From Octopus vulgaris (lineage: Eukaryota), in the NCBI GenBank assembly GCA_951406725.2, contig OX597815.1, positions 158,844,001-158,908,000 on the forward strand: a stretch of DNA of 64,000 nucleotides. The letters are read 5' to 3'. Positions 23,272 through 38,402 of the stretch are shown piece by piece. Under the pieces are notes generated by a model, which saw only the letters and a list, made by a program, of their open reading frames with translations, did not search any database and was not told where the DNA came from. Position numbers and translations under genes: made by a program. Each line of letters opens with the position of its first letter. Positions within the stretch are counted from its first letter, which is position 1.

Positions 23272-24931
23272 TGAAGGAACATAGCCTAGTGATTAGGGTG
23301 TTGCATTCACAATTGTCAGATCATGGTTTCAATCCTTGGATTGGGTAGTGCGATGTGCTCTTGAAGAAAACACTTAATTTCCCATTTCACCAGTCCACTT
23401 AGCTGTAAATGAATTCCAGCAATGACTGGGATGTTGACTTTGTGGTGCATTGATATTCCAGCCAGAGGGAAATGTTGTAATCTCAGTCAATTATATGACA
23501 TAAAAAAACAGTTTAAGATCTTGGCCTTACGAGTCCTAGAGCTCATGAGAGACCTATGATAATTAATGGTGGTTGTGGCAGAGTGAAATAAAAGTAAATC
23601 TTATAAAAGTGAAAAAGAAAGTGATAGGAAGTTGCACAATTGTATAGAGAAAGAGGGAAAGAAATAGTTAAAAGGTGGGAAAGAATAGTTAATAGTGAGC
23701 CCTATGTATTGAAAGGAATGCAAAGCAGTTACATGATTTTTAAATGTGGTATAATAGGATAGTGTGATAGGCAATAAAAATTTCGTTGTTGTTCTAAGTT
23801 TTATTGTTAAAATGTTTCTTTATCATTTTACTGTCAAAATATCTATCTATCCACAAAGATAAATACACTGATGGATAGAAGATAGATGAATGGATGGGAA
23901 AGCTAGGTAGATAATGTAGATAGGCATTTAGGTTGTGACAGAAATACAGACAGATAAATCATATAGTTTTTTTCCAAATAACCATACAAAATTTGCTAAG
24001 ACTTTACCAATGTACAATTACAGAATAATAATACGGATAATGTTTTTGATTTTATTCCATAGTTAAGATTGCTTACTTCTTGATGATGATTATAAAGCGA
24101 AAAATAATAAACAAAGTAGATGGAAGAACATAGCTTTTAGATACTACTAATGTGTCCTTTTTACACTAGCTCAAGAATCAAAGGCTCCAGAAAAATATAT
24201 TATTCCGTCTTACAGTATTCAATACAACTGGAATGTCCACAATTACTTCTAGGTTTTATTAATACAATTGATAGATATATATTTTAAAATTTGTCATACC
24301 AACAGATATGTCTGAAAAATATTAACATAATTAATATAATTAACTTAAATAATCAACTCTAAGCATACTACAGTCCTATAACTAACCCAGTAAAAAAAAA
24401 TAAATAAAAGAATAAAAACAGCAGAGTTGATCTTAAATTTTCTGGGGTTTTTTTTAATATATATATATATATATATATATTTTTCGGTACATTAACTAAC
24501 TAATTGAAATATTTTATTTTCTCATTAGAGAAATATTTTTTACATTAATTATATTAATATGTGATGGAAATGTATTTTTTGATATTTTTTTTATCTGTTT
24601 ATTTACACGCAGTTACTCATATATTCTTTATGTATTTTAAATCTCTTTTAATTATGAATATTCATATTTCAATTTAAAATTTGTGCAAATTATGATATGG
24701 TATGGTTTCTTGTTTTAATTTAAATTTTGTTTACATTTTTTTCAATGCTAATTCATTTATTTAAAATAAAATACCACCTAATTCAGCAGTTTTCAAACTG
24801 CCAAATACCAAGTCCCCTACCATCCAACAGTAGTGCAGTTTTTGCCTCCCCAGCTCCAGTTAAGGAGAAGACAAAATAGAATCTAAATCCCTATAATTTT
24901 CTTTCTCCACAATGGTACTGGACAAGTTTAA

Positions 24932-25140
24932 CTCTTTAGCATTTAAATTGGTCATATTTGGCCCAAATATTCTGCCAGGCCACATCTAGCATCTCACACC
25001 TACCCTATGATGTCATTCTAAAAATAAACACTCACATCATCGGAATCTCAAAGCTACAAAATAATGCACAATGCATGATTAATTCAAAAACAATGTGAAC
25101 AAAAAAGCATTACATTTTACAGAATATGAATGCTAAAGAG
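24932..25140. mobile_element. piggyBac-type MITE, second family
   Basis: TTAA-CTCTTTAGCATT ... AATGCTAAAGAG terminal inverted repeats; interior shared with the copies at 37164, 42049 and 62947. Confidence 0.75.
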
Positions 25141-25445
25141 CTACAAAGGTCTTAATTTCATTTGTCATGGCAAATTGTCTACCCACTTTTCAATCCTCAC
25201 CCCTAAGAAAAGTAGTGCTCTAATTCTTCATCACTACTTTGGTAAAAGTAAAAATTTTGAAAATAAATACTGTTTTATTTCTTTTTTTTTTTTACAGTGT
25301 ATACTATTAGTGTTGGAACACATTCAATTCTTGCTGGCATTGTTGACATGAGCACACTCAGCATGCGTGTGTGTGCATGTGCATGCATACATACATACGA
25401 GTGTGTGTGTGTATAGGCATATATAGGTGTGTATATAGCTTTACA

Positions 25446-25614
25446 GGCATAGGAGTGGCTGTGTGGTAAGTAGCTTGTTTATGAACCACATGGTTCCGGG
25501 TTCAGTCTTACTGTGTGGCACCTTGGGGAAGTGTCCTCTACTATAGCCCCAGGCCGACCAAAGCTTTGTGAGTGGATTTGATAGACAGAAACTGAAAGAA
25601 GCCTGTCATATATG

Positions 25615-25667
<53 letters not shown>

Positions 25668-25872
25668 CTGTCTGTCTGTCTTTGTCCCCTCCCCCAACAT
25701 TGCTTGACAACTAATGCTGGTGTGTTTACGTCTCTGTAACTTAGTGGTTTGGCAAAAAGAGACTGATAGAATAAGTACTAGGCTTACAAAGAATAAGTTC
25801 TGGGGTCGAATTACTTGACTAAAGGCTGTGCTCCAGCATGGCCACAGTCAAATGACTGAAACAAGTAAAAGA
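25446..25872 (+). mobile_element. tRNA-derived SINE family A, full length
   Basis: A-box-like gtggctgtgtggt, B-box-like ggttcagtc, conserved body, central TA/TG microsatellite, and 3' end gactgaaacaagtaaaaga. About 20 copies occur in the window. Confidence 0.9.
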
Positions 25873-26408
25873 TATATATAGGTTTATGTATTTGTTTTGC
25901 GAGATTCTTGATGTGAAGTCATACACTATATATAACAGAATATACTGCTTTCCAACATTCTGCCAACCTGGCTGGGGTTCATGATGTTACATTAATGTAT
26001 AAATTTTGCAAGATTCTTGATGTGAAATCATGTGCTGAAACAGATCATTACACTTGGGGATGGTCATATTTTGTCAATTAAACACATACATTAGATATTA
26101 CAACAGAACATCTGTTTCAACACATGATTTCACATCAAGAACCTTGCAAAACAAATATGTATATGTAACAATGTAAGCCTCAGTCAGGCTTGCAAGATGT
26201 TCAAAAACACTATATTCAGTTGTAATATGCATATATATATATTTATTATTTATATTAGTATTTGATTGAACAGCACACATCCATTTCCATGTAAGTTATC
26301 TTAATCTTTTTGATGTGACTCTATGCTGTACTGTTTTCTCCCCTATCATTTTCTCTCTCATCCTTTCTCTAATTACCTTTTTTCTCCCCTTCACTGTTTT
26401 CTATCTGT

Positions 26409-26447
<39 letters not shown>

Positions 26448-26942
26448 TCTTTCTCACTCCCATTGCTCACACGTGACCATCATCCATCTTTCTTTTCCAC
26501 ACACAATCCTCTTTCTTTTCTTTCAAGACTGTCCTAAGGGCTAGATGTATCCTATCTCTCTGTTCTATCTTTTCTCCTGCCTAAGAAAATATTTCTCCAG
26601 CGTTCACTATTTTACCTTCCATGTTTGTTTTCATTTGATTTCCTTGTATGTTTCCACTATTCTGTTTTTGTTCCCAACTTTGACCCTTCATAAATCCCAA
26701 TTTTTATTTTGGTACTTATGGGAGAAACTGCCTTCGAAGACTCATATTGTCATTCAATGCTCAAAATGAGTAGATAGACAGCTGACAACTGATGATGGAT
26801 CGTTCATTATGTTACTTGTCCTGTTTTCCATTTGTTTCTCTCGTTCTTTGCATATTCAACTCTTTTGTTTTCATACTTCCTGTTATCTACTGTTGGTGAA
26901 ATCCTGTACCCAAATATGCATATATATATATATATATATATA

Positions 26943-27337
26943 TCTTTATATATAAAAGTCAAGTTGTGTGTCTGTCTCCTACGATTTAGATTCCTAACTA
27001 CTCCCACATTTTGCAGTGCAGTTTAACCAAAAGCGGGTATCTTATAGTTGTGATTCATATCGAGCCCTTCTGGGTATTAGCGCGCATCTACAATGAGTCT
27101 ACGATTTAAAAAAAAATTTACCATCATTTTTTTCCATTTTAATGCATTTTTTCGCTATTATATAAGGGAAGTAACTCTCTAAAAATGTCTACCATGAGTC
27201 AACGATTTAAAAAAAAATTTACCATAATTTTTTTCCATTTTTAATGCATTTTTTGCTATTTTTTGGCTATAACTCTCTAAAAATGCTTATATAGTTATTC
27301 CCTTACAAACCCGAGCAACGCCGGGCGATACTGCTAG
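26943..27337 (+). mobile_element. Complete non-autonomous Helitron (395 bp)
   Basis: Starts TCTTTATATATAAAA after an A, has the subterminal hairpin CCCGAGCAACGCCGGG (27310-27325), and ends CTAG followed by T. No TSD; inserted in (TA)n; contains an internal ~100-bp tandem duplication. Confidence 0.88.
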
Positions 27338-27341
27338 TATA

Positions 27342-27375
<34 letters not shown>

Positions 27376-27808
27376 CATGTATACATATATGTGCAGGTGT
27401 AGCGATGTGGTAAAAAGCTTGCTTCCTAACTACATAGTTCCAGGTTCAGTTTCTGGCATCTAAGATGTATCATAGAGGAATTGAAGCCTGATTCATGTGG
27501 TTGTGAAGCAAATTTTTTAAGTCATACAACAATGGCTGCACCTATATAAAGTTATTCATTTATCGTAAATACATATATGTAAAAAAAAAAGTACTATTTT
27601 AGAAAACATCTTTCTGAAAGCGTAATTTTCTCCACAACAAATAACACCTGTATAAAATTATTTCTCCATAAAAATATAATGTAACTTTTAACATAGATAA
27701 AATAAAATTCTATAAAATTCAATGACAAAATTCATACAATAGATTAGAAAAATAGAGGAAGTAGTAAAAATATCTATCTATATTGTATATATATATATGT
27801 GTTATGTG

Positions 27809-27884
<76 letters not shown>

Positions 27885-28867
27885 ATATATATATATAAAA
27901 TTATATAATATATAAATCATTCTTATATTACTAAGCAGATTTTGTAAGGCTTACTTTTAAAATCTGAAATCTGCCAAACCAAACTTGATACAGCACTTAG
28001 ACACATGAATAGAAATGAATAGGTGAAGAAAAGGAAAAAAATGAAAATGATTTTAAAATGAATATAAGTATGAAACAGAGAAGGGGAAATGGGAGAGAGA
28101 GAGAGAGATCAACAATTCAGTAAATAAATGAATAAATAACTTGTCACTATAGCAACTTCACCATCTGATTTTCATCACTCTGAAAAACAATTTATTTTTC
28201 ATTTTTTCCCCCCCCAATTCTCAGACAAAGTGTCTATTTTCAGCAATCTTCTATTTATTAATGCATTTCATTTTCCACCAGCTCACCAAACAATTTGCTA
28301 GCTAATTGTAGATAAGCACTGTTCTAGTAGTATATTGATGCATGAGGTCTATAAGCTGCATGCACCTATCTCCCATACATGTCTATTTGGATTTTTGTTT
28401 CAGCTGTGCAGTTGATTGCATTCTGTCACTTTTGCCAATATATTATCATAGATAAAACTTATACACTTTACATATTCATTCAGAATGTACATATAATTAT
28501 TTTTAAAAAATTACTTTTCTGTATTGAATATACCAACATACACACACACTCATACTCCAAATTTTCCAAAACAGTAAGAATTTGAAAAGCAATAAGATTG
28601 ATAAGGATTGAAACTTCTTCATTGGTTTAAATCACCTTCTCTAATCTTTCAGACTTACCTTTATAGTTTGATCAAATTACTTTGAATCAAGATTTCCTTT
28701 GACAATATCACATTTTCTAAAATTAAGTCAAGTCTTTTGTAGTGGTAACTAAATGTAGTAATTTGCATAAAAATTCTACGGAGAAATAATTCTTCAAAAT
28801 CATAACAACCAGCAGAAAACTGCCTGGTGGGTGAGATTTCTGCTAGTAGTAATGAGAATAACAATAA

Positions 28868-29252
28868 TCCTTTTTCTAATATAGGCACTAGGCCTGAAAT
28901 GTTGGGGAGAGGGCTAAAGCTCCAACTGGTACTTATTTGATCAACCATCAAAAGGATAAAAGGGAAAGTCAACTTTAGTGGGATTTGAACTCAGAACATA
29001 AAACTGGAAGAAATGCTGCAAAACATTTTGTCCAGTGTTCTAACTATTCTGCCAGCTCACTGTTGTAATAATTCTTTCTACTAGAGGCACAAGTTCTGAA
29101 ATTTTAGGGGAGGTGGAAAGTCGGCTATATTGACCCTAAAAGGATAAAAGGGTAAGTCAACTTCAGTGGAATTTGAATTCAGAATGTAAAGACAGAATAA
29201 ATCCTGTTTGGTATTTTGTCAGGTACAGTAATGATTCTGCCAGTTGCTGCTT
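28868..29252 (-). mobile_element. SINE family B, two tandem copies
   Basis: Reverse-complement motifs, present twice. Confidence 0.8.
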
Positions 29253-30138
29253 TAATAATAATGCCAATTTTTAGTGATACCTATCGTACAGTGCATAACA
29301 CACATGACTTACTGAGTAACAAGCAGAATTATAATATAACTTACGCACATCTATCTGTCTATCTATCTAGATTAGATAGGGAACACTTGTAATCAAGTCA
29401 AATGAATTGAAGTGAACAGCTTATAAATTTAACTCTCTTCCTGTACTGCACAATATTTTAAAAACAGCATCTTCAGCTTATAAACATTTATGGTTCTGTA
29501 TTATCATTCAATGAGTTAGAATTGGCAGTCAAGTCTCTCTCAAATTAAATTGCTGTTTCGGAGAAAACAAACGAGAGAAGGTCACATTGGTTAATGCAAT
29601 CCTAGATATGCAATGCTTGAGATAAGAATGGGATGGTCATAGCTAGAATGCCTTTTGTTGTAGGTCTGATCATGCAGGAGTAACATAATTCAAATGCCAT
29701 TCTATTTCACTAAATTTCATGAATATTTCTTTTGATGACTAGGAGACACTTCTATGACAAATCCTTCATACAATGGACTATTTCTCATGTTGTGAAGAAG
29801 ACTAACAATTGATGAAGAATCTTTCCTTCCATCCATTCATCTTCACACCCTCCTACTATTTCTGTGAGGACCACAAGCGCATAATCCTCAGACATGTCCT
29901 CCAGAGGGTGCTATCAAAAGCAGCAGTCAACCAAATGTTCTACCTAGATCCCTAAGCATGATCAATCAAAGTTATAGATAATATCAACTATCTTGCTTAA
30001 TGCGTCCACCAACTGGTTGGTCTTGCCTACAAAAATGTATCCTGTGATTATTTCCTCCGGCATTCTAACCCATGCCCCATTATGCTGGAGCTGTGATTTC
30101 ACAATGCAGAAAACTAGAGGCTTCTCTATGCATCTGTG

Positions 30139-30432
30139 AAGGAGCACAGATCAGTGGTTAGAGCATCGGGTTCACAATCATGAGGTAATGAGTTCAATTC
30201 TCAGACTGTTCTGTGTTGTGTTCTTGAGCAAAACACTTTATTTCCTGTTGCTTCTGTTCACTCAGCTGTAGAAATGTCACTGGTGCCAAGCTGTATTGGC
30301 CTTTGACTTTCCCTTGGATAACATCAGCAGCATGGAGAGGAGAGGCTGGTATGCATGGGCCACTACTAGTTTTCTATTAAGCTTACCTGAACTTTTACCT
30401 CAGAGGGGAACTTTCTAGGTGCATCTTTTACT
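30139..30432 (+). mobile_element. SINE family C
   Basis: Collinear with 17835-18160. Confidence 0.8.
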
Positions 30433-31219
30433 CTATGCACTCAATTGAATGACATTCCAATGACCCCATACACTTTTAATCACCACACATCATTCTAATT
30501 CATAATCATAAATAAGGGGGCACATGAAAATTGAATAAAAGATAGTGAGTTTGGCCTTTAACCTAACTCACTTTTTGTGAACCCTTCTTTTGTGAGAACA
30601 ATGTAAGTGAACAGTTTTTAAACCTTCATACCTTGTACCATCACATCAACCAACAACCACTCAAGACTTCCTTGACAAATATAAATTACTTGCAGTCATA
30701 GAAGTTTTATGGGAGAACACAAAGGGGATTTCTTATTTTTTCTACTTTCAAGCATTTAAATTTTACTTTATTTTATTTTACAAGCAACACTTGTCTTCTT
30801 GTCTTGTAACGGCATTCACTCTGGAAGGGTCAAGCTGGCTGCTATAGAGTTCATCATGTCATGGGTCAAGGTGGCCAATTCTGCAGAGTGTTGAAGCCAT
30901 TCCTGATTACAGCGACAAATACCAAAGACTCAAGGGCCAGAAATGAGTTCCGTATCTGCTTTGACTGTTGTAAGCCACATCTTCAGCTGACCACCTCTCC
31001 ACTTATGCAAACCAAAGAGAGCTATTGCCTTCTGAATGAGTTCACTATGGAGGTGCTGCAACATGTGAGCAAACCATCATAGTCTCCTCACCAGAAGAGT
31101 TCATTCAAGAGGTGAGATACCATTCCTTTATAGTCAATTCTGAGAGAGTGAATAATGGAAATTGCATATTTCTGTCAGGTACTGCAAACTACAGCAGAAA
31201 TTACAGAATACAGAACACA

Positions 31220-31770
31220 TTAACTCCTTTCATACCAACCTACCCCAAATCACTCCCAGTTCTATGATATATAATTTGCAGGTACGTGGTAAGAAGTTTA
31301 ATTCTAAACAATATGGTTCCGGGTTCATCCCTACTGCATGGCACTTTGGGCAAGTGTCTTCTACTATAGCTTTGATCTGATCAAAGCCTTGTGAGTAGAT
31401 TTGGTAGACAGAAACTGACAGAAACTTGTATGTGTGTGTCCCATCATTGGCTGACCATCAGTGTTAGTGTGTTTACATCCCTGTAGCTAAGTGCATCAAA
31501 AGAGACCAATAGAATAAGTATCAGGCTTAAAACAAAAAAAAGTACTGGGTTCAATTTGTTTGACCAAAATTCTTCAAGGCATTGCTCCAGCATGACCTCG
31601 GTCTAATGACTGAAATATGTAAAAGATGAAGATCAAAATTCCAAGTTAACCTATATTCCAAACACCAGCTTAATAACAATTAAGTTATTTGACTAAATTC
31701 TTCAATAATTTCAAAATTTGTTGAAGATAAAAGCAATATGTTTCAACAGAAATATAGTAACAAAGGCTTC
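31220..31770. mobile_element. piggyBac-type MITE (same family as 56473, opposite orientation) interrupted by a SINE
   Basis: Starts ttaactcctttcatacc and ends gtaacaaaggct. The right part matches the reverse complement of the 56473 element; a SINE occupies 31278-31628. Confidence 0.55.
31278..31628 (+). mobile_element. SINE family A
   Basis: Head and tail motifs; nested in a MITE. Confidence 0.85.
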
Positions 31771-33766
31771 AAGAAGTGGATTTTTTAAAAATTCCAACAA
31801 GTGCATAATCTTTTATGAGCATAATTTCTACATATTTTGCAATAACAAAATGGATAAGTATGAAGAAACATGACAACTTGAACCATCTTTCGGAAGGTAT
31901 GGATGTGTCAATTCTTAGTGAATCAACATTCCTGGATGAACTGTAGGTTATCAACATAATTTTTTTTAAAAGCAATTTATCCAAAACATATTTATTTCAT
32001 GAGATTATATTTGTATCAAGTATTAATAAACTCAGGTAAGACCAGGTATGGTAGTTAGTAATATGTAATATAATTTTATGTTGAAAATATTACTACTTAA
32101 TTCACTCTTCATATTCTGTTGATATTTATTAATATTTTTGAATGGTAGCGTTTGAGAATTTAATATTCACAGTCAAATACAATTTAGTGTAGTAAATTAA
32201 TTTGCATCTATCTTTTATTTCAGATCAGTTTTTTTTTTGCAGGTTAGCTGATCTGTGTTATATTCTATATATTATATAAATATATTTGCACACAGAATTA
32301 AACTTAATTTCAATAACGTAATTTTTATGATTCTCAAACACTTTCACAAGATTCATTTCTACACACGAAAGATAAGCAGAAACAGTACATGGGATGCATA
32401 CACACATAACAGGTTGGGGTGAGGGTATCTATATACTTAACTTCTAAGACTTTCTTAGCAAAATATGGTGATGGAGAAGATTTCCAGTGATTGGAAATGG
32501 ATATGAAATATAAATAGAAAGTAACAGAAATTGATAAATAAAAAAGGGGAGTAAAATGTGTGTATATTATAGTATATATACATATGTGTGTGAGTGTGTA
32601 AGTGTATGAATACGTATACTTATTTGTGCATATATATGTGTGTGTATATATATACATATATATATATACACATATATATATGTATGTATGTTTGTATACA
32701 CACAAACACACACGTGTGTGTGTATAAAATACTGTAAGATGATATACCAGGTGTTAGGACATCGTCAGGCCTAAACAAGCAAACTAAGTGTTAGGCTATT
32801 GTATCAACTCTCAAGTTTTATTCAGGGTTCACACAGTGCCATGGAACATATCTCAAAGATGGTTCACATAGTATATCACAAATATTGTTATGACAAATAT
32901 TTCCTATCCCCTTACCATTTTCCATAAATGTTGAGGGACAAGTTTGATTCTGTATGTATATGTATATTTACTCACACACAACACACACACACACACACAC
33001 ACACACATCTGAAAGACCTAACTCACCACAGCTGGCATTGATGACACAAATGGAGATAAATAAAGAATCAGCAGGAAGACTCCAGTCTGATCTGACAATA
33101 GCAAAGTTATCAAACAGTAACTGAACATTTATAAGGCTAAAAGGAAAGTAGGAGGACAGGAGGAAAAAAACTAAAATAACAAAACAAAAAAAAATCATAG
33201 CCTTTCTTAACTTTCAGCAAAAATATTCTCAAGGTTCACACATAATAAACAGCTGCTTATTTGATGGAAACAAAATCAGCTTTAGCATTCACTGGTCTGG
33301 AAGCTAAATTCTTTAAGAACATTCTCGTTTTGGGGGTAAACTAAAAGGTCAATTTTCCAACCTGACATAAAAGAATAAATGTAAAGTACATGAAGACACA
33401 CCATGTTCAAGACATTTGTTATAAGGGATTTGTAAAGAACATTATGCTTCAAGGATTTTATCCTTAGAGAGACAAAGTATTGATACCAGATTTATGATAA
33501 AAAGATGTGGACAATATTTCATGCTAAGTACAGGACTGTTATTAATGGAAATGTAGTTGTCGTGATAGTGCCTAATAGAATTTCAATGTTGCAACTAGAG
33601 CTGAAAGGGCAGAATGATTCCATGGTTCCAATGTGAGGTGACTTGAGAGATTTGAGAGAGAACATGGATGGTCAGGGAGAATATTTCATTCAGAATAAGC
33701 TCCATATCAAATTGCTGCTGCACTAAAACTTTATGAAGACATTTATGTTGACATCAGTGTCTAAGC

Positions 33767-34868
33767 CAGTGATTCTCAAATGAAAGCTCTGTGGACCACA
33801 ATAGGTCTAGTAAAAATTGGGAGATTTGGGAGTTAAAAATTTAACTGCTACACATATGGTCATGTTCCCATATTTCACTCTATGTACTAATATCAACAGT
33901 ATGTGTGTGTGTATATATACATATATATTAATCAAACTATACAGTATTATACAGTATACAGTATTTGTCCTTACCTTCAATATGTGGAGTTGCATGTCTC
34001 ATTTCTCTGTTTTTTTCGTTGTTCGAAAAAAAAAGTTTGTTTTCTCTGTTTTTGATTTTATGCTTTTGTTTCCCATTGTGTTCAACATTTTTTGATGTCC
34101 TGTACCCATATATGCATGTATATATACATATATATGTAGCTATGTACATATTTGTTTGTATATATGCATATATTTATATATTATTTATATTATTATACAG
34201 TATTATAGATCTATTTCAATCAATCTTTCTAACTAGTTTCATACTGGATATTAAATGCTTAGATATTAGATAACGGCATGGTTAAGCAACACCACATTGT
34301 CTTCAGAGATAATAGGCATGGAAAAAATATGTACTCTACACACACATATATATATATAGAACATTAAAATAATATACTATTGTGTAATATCCAACAACTC
34401 AGACTTAAGATGAAGACAATCACACAGAAACACTAACAATTAGCAATTCTTATTGAAATATTTAGAAACAACTAGAAAGCAGAATAATGCAACAATAGAA
34501 GTTAGAATATATTTTAAGTTTTTATGGCTTTTTTGTAAATAAAGTACACATTATTAAAGTTAATCTTTGCTCCTTTAAGTTATTATGAGGAGTAATTTTT
34601 ATTAAATTTATAGCTTATGCACTCTAATGCACATTTGTCTTTAGAGAATTTTTACAAATATGTTCTTTTATCTGCATAGAAATAATTATTTTTGTATAGT
34701 TGTTTCAAATGCTTGATTATATTTTTCATAATTCAGCTTCAATTAATAAACAATGGAAAGATAAAATACAATTTTTTTTTTTTACAACTAATAACATCTA
34801 TGAGAAAGCCAAAGGTATAATGCTGAGTTCACAAGTAGGTCATGAGCAAAAAAGTTTGAGAACCACAG
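33767..34868. mobile_element. hAT (Charlie-like) non-autonomous element with nested repeat
   Basis: TIR-like CAGTGATTCTCAAA and TTTGAGAACCACAG, flanked by NTCTAGAN-like sites. The TSD match is weak. Confidence 0.45.
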
Positions 34869-36199
34869 CCTAGAATTATTGTTGAGCAGAACAGTTTTTC
34901 CATCCTTGCAAAAGAATAAAACAAGTGTTGAAGAAAAATAGTTTATAAAACTTACAAGATGTTCTGAGGAATTGAATATTATTATTTCTTTCTCTAATCA
35001 CAGTTCTTTGTATGAAAATTTTACGAAGAATAATATTTAAGGATTTTAGAATGTAATAGATAGTAAACCAATTAATTTGATTAGAATCCAGAGAAACAAA
35101 ATCAAATCTCTCTTTTGACTAAAGTCAAACCTTTTACAAAATGAAATGAATGCATGTATAAACCATACCAAAATAATCCAGATAATGATAATGGTTCCCA
35201 AGTGTCTCAAAAATAAATGTTTCATAGAATAACTGAGAAGATAGCAAACATATATTTAAAAACAAAAATGTTAGGAGGAAGAAAAAAATGAAAATAAATG
35301 GCTAACAAAATAAAAAAATTCATTGAGAAGCATCGGTTGAAGAAGAAATAATCTTATCTTGACTCAGATCAATGAAAAGAATATTAACTACATAGTACAG
35401 CCATTATATTTGGTATCCCAATCTATATAATCCCTTTCAGCTAGGAATTTGTTCAAAGCAATATTTTGACTTTCTTTTTCTTATCTCTTCCAAAAAATAA
35501 TATTAAAAAAAAAAAATGATGTCTGAAAGTTTTCAACTAGCCATGCTCAACTTCATTGAAGCACCACAATTGTAAATTTGTCCTTAATTCTACATAACAT
35601 GTTTGCTTTGATTTTCTTTTTGTCTTTGGTAAATTTTCCTTTTTTTTTTTTTTTGAAACATGCATTACTTGTATATGTTTCAATTACCACAAGTCTGGCA
35701 GCATTTCAAGGAAGAGATAAATCAGATTTCTTTAATCTATAAGCCTTCTAGCTAGAATCCTACCCATTTCCAATTAATACTAAAAAGAAAAATAATTACA
35801 TTTACATCACATCTTACTAAAACCAATTTGTTCAGCTTAGCTTTTGGGAGGGAGATGACATATAAATTTGCATCATTTCTAAAGATGGAATTTTATGAGA
35901 TGTTGTGAAGTAATGGTTAAAGTGTTAGATACTTGTTCTAGAGTTCATGGATTCAAAGTCCTGGTAAAAGAATTGTGTTCTTGCTTTGATCAACAAACAT
36001 ATACTTTCTTTTAAATTGTATTTAAAATACTTATCTTACCAAATCTAATTTCAAGAAAAAAAAAGAGAGGTAAAAATTACATTCATTTACTTCATGATTG
36101 AGTTATTAGTGTTAAAAAAAAAATCTCAACAAATATTTATTGGTTCTTTAGAAAATCAAATAAAATGCCCAAATTTGCATAATAATTGAAATCAAAATA

Positions 36200-36612
36200 G
36201 TAGGTGTGTGGTAAGAAACTTGCTTCCCAACCACATGGTTCCAAGTTCAGTCTCACTGTGTGGCATCTTGGACAAGTATTTTCTATAGTCTTGGACAGAC
36301 CAAAAGGCTTGTAAGTGGATTTGGTAGATGGAAACCAAAAGAAGCCTGCTGTGTATGTATGTATATATATAAATATGTATATATGTATATAAATATATAT
36401 ACACATATGTGTATGTGTGTGTCTGTGTTTGTCCCCCACCATCACCACCACTTGACAACTGGTGCTGCTGTGTTTACATCCCTGTAACTTAGCAGTTCAG
36501 CATAAGAGATCAATAGAATAGGTACCTGGCTTAAAAAAAAAAAAAAACTAAGGTGGGGTCAAAGAGGTGCCTCAGCATCGCTGCAGTCAAAATGACAGAA
36601 ACAAGTAAAAGA
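36200..36612 (+). mobile_element. SINE family A
   Basis: Head, microsatellite and tail. Confidence 0.85.
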
Positions 36613-37163
36613 TAAAATTAATTAAGAATTGGTAGTGATCAAAAAGAAGTTAGTATCACTGCGTGAATGATGATGATGATAATGACATTGATGATGATAA
36701 AGATGCAGCCAAATAAATAATTAATGGAGTCGAGAATAAAATGTAGAAAGAGAAATAGGGAGATATGGGAATGAAAAGTATAATTCCATTCACATCTAGG
36801 TTGTATTATTGAGATATAAATTGGTCCTAGTTCCTGTAATGCATCCTATTTGTGAATGATACTTTGTTTTATCAAGCCCAAAAGAATGAAAGACAAAGTG
36901 AACATTGGCTGGATTTGAACTCAGAACATCAAGAACTGTAAAATTGAATATTAACTTTGGTGGAGTGGGTAAGTTGATTACTTACACCCCAGTGCTCAGC
37001 TAGTATTTATTTTATCAATGAAAGAATGAAAGGTAAGGTCGACCTTGGTGGAATATGAACTCAGAATGTAAAAGACAGACAAAATGCTAACAATTCTGCC
37101 TGGCCCACCACCTTACACAACACTAAATATTGCAAACTATTTTAAGTAAAGTAACCCTTTAAA

Positions 37164-37368
37164 CCTCTAGCATTCAAATTACTGTCAAATGTAATGCTTA
37201 TTAATTCACATGGTTTTGAATTAATCATATAGCTTCAAGATTTTCATGACGTTACTGTGTTTTTAGAATAACATTGTAGAGCAGGTGTGAGAAGCTGGAT
37301 CTGGCTGGTTTGAACATAAAACAAGTAGAATATTTGGGTCAGATGTGACCAGTTGACATGCTAAATGG
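37164..37368. mobile_element. piggyBac-type MITE, second family
   Basis: cctctagcatt ... atgctaaatgg-tta termini; reverse orientation relative to 24932. Confidence 0.7.
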
Positions 37369-37489
37369 TTATCTACAATCTATTACTAGTGTTGGACAGA
37401 GCACCATTAGTACCAAATACTTTAATGGTATGCAACTTAATTGAACCACACACCTTTAGAAAATGAAAGGCAATGTCAACAGCATCTTC

Positions 37490-37805
37490 CCAAGTAACAT
37501 GGTTTTCACATTCTGTCCCACTGTGTGGCACCCTGGGCAAATGCCTTCTACTATAGCCTTAGGCCAACCAAAGGTCTGTGAGTGTATTTAGTTGACAGAA
37601 ACTGAAAGAAGCCTATTGTATATGTATGTGTTTGTGCGTGTGTATTTATGTGTCTTTCTCTCTGTAACCTAGCAACAGCAAAAGATATCAATAGAATAAG
37701 TACAGGGCTTTAAAAAATAAGCCCTCAGTTTGATCTGTTTGACTAAAAACTCCTCAAGACAGTACCCCAGTAAGGCCACAGTCAAATGACTGAAACAAGT
37801 AAAAA
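37490..37805 (+). mobile_element. SINE family A (5' eroded)
   Basis: Body and tail motifs. Confidence 0.8.
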
Positions 37806-38103
37806 AACAAAAAGGGAAAAGAAATTGGTGTCATCTGTTACTATTAACTACAGAAATAATTAGTATTTCAGTAATGCAAAAAAAAAAGAAGAAAAATATT
37901 CTTTAAAAGTACCATCTACTTTCTGCTTTCATTGTCTTTCAATACTCAATGTACTTTCTGATATTTGAATTTTAAAAAAAAAATATATACTTAAATATTA
38001 TTTATTTATTTCAAGTGAATAAAACCTGTCTAATTATAGCAGCTACATAACAAAAAGTCCATGAATATTTTGATGGTGACAGATTTCAGGAGGCAAATTT
38101 CAA

Positions 38104-38158
<55 letters not shown>

Positions 38159-38402
38159 GCTATACAATCTATATTTTTCTAGAAATCTAGTCTATGATTT
38201 TATTAGAGTTATCTGCTTTGTTTATGGCTTTTAGATTTTAAATATTCTTAAATGTTTTCCATCTACTCGCAGCATGGATAAGTACTTCAATCATTGATTC
38301 AAGTCTCTTTACACATTTACACAATGTGTAATGTGCACAATAAAATGTATGTATTATACATTTATAGATAAACATAAATAGAGAGAAACAGACAGAAACA
38401 GA

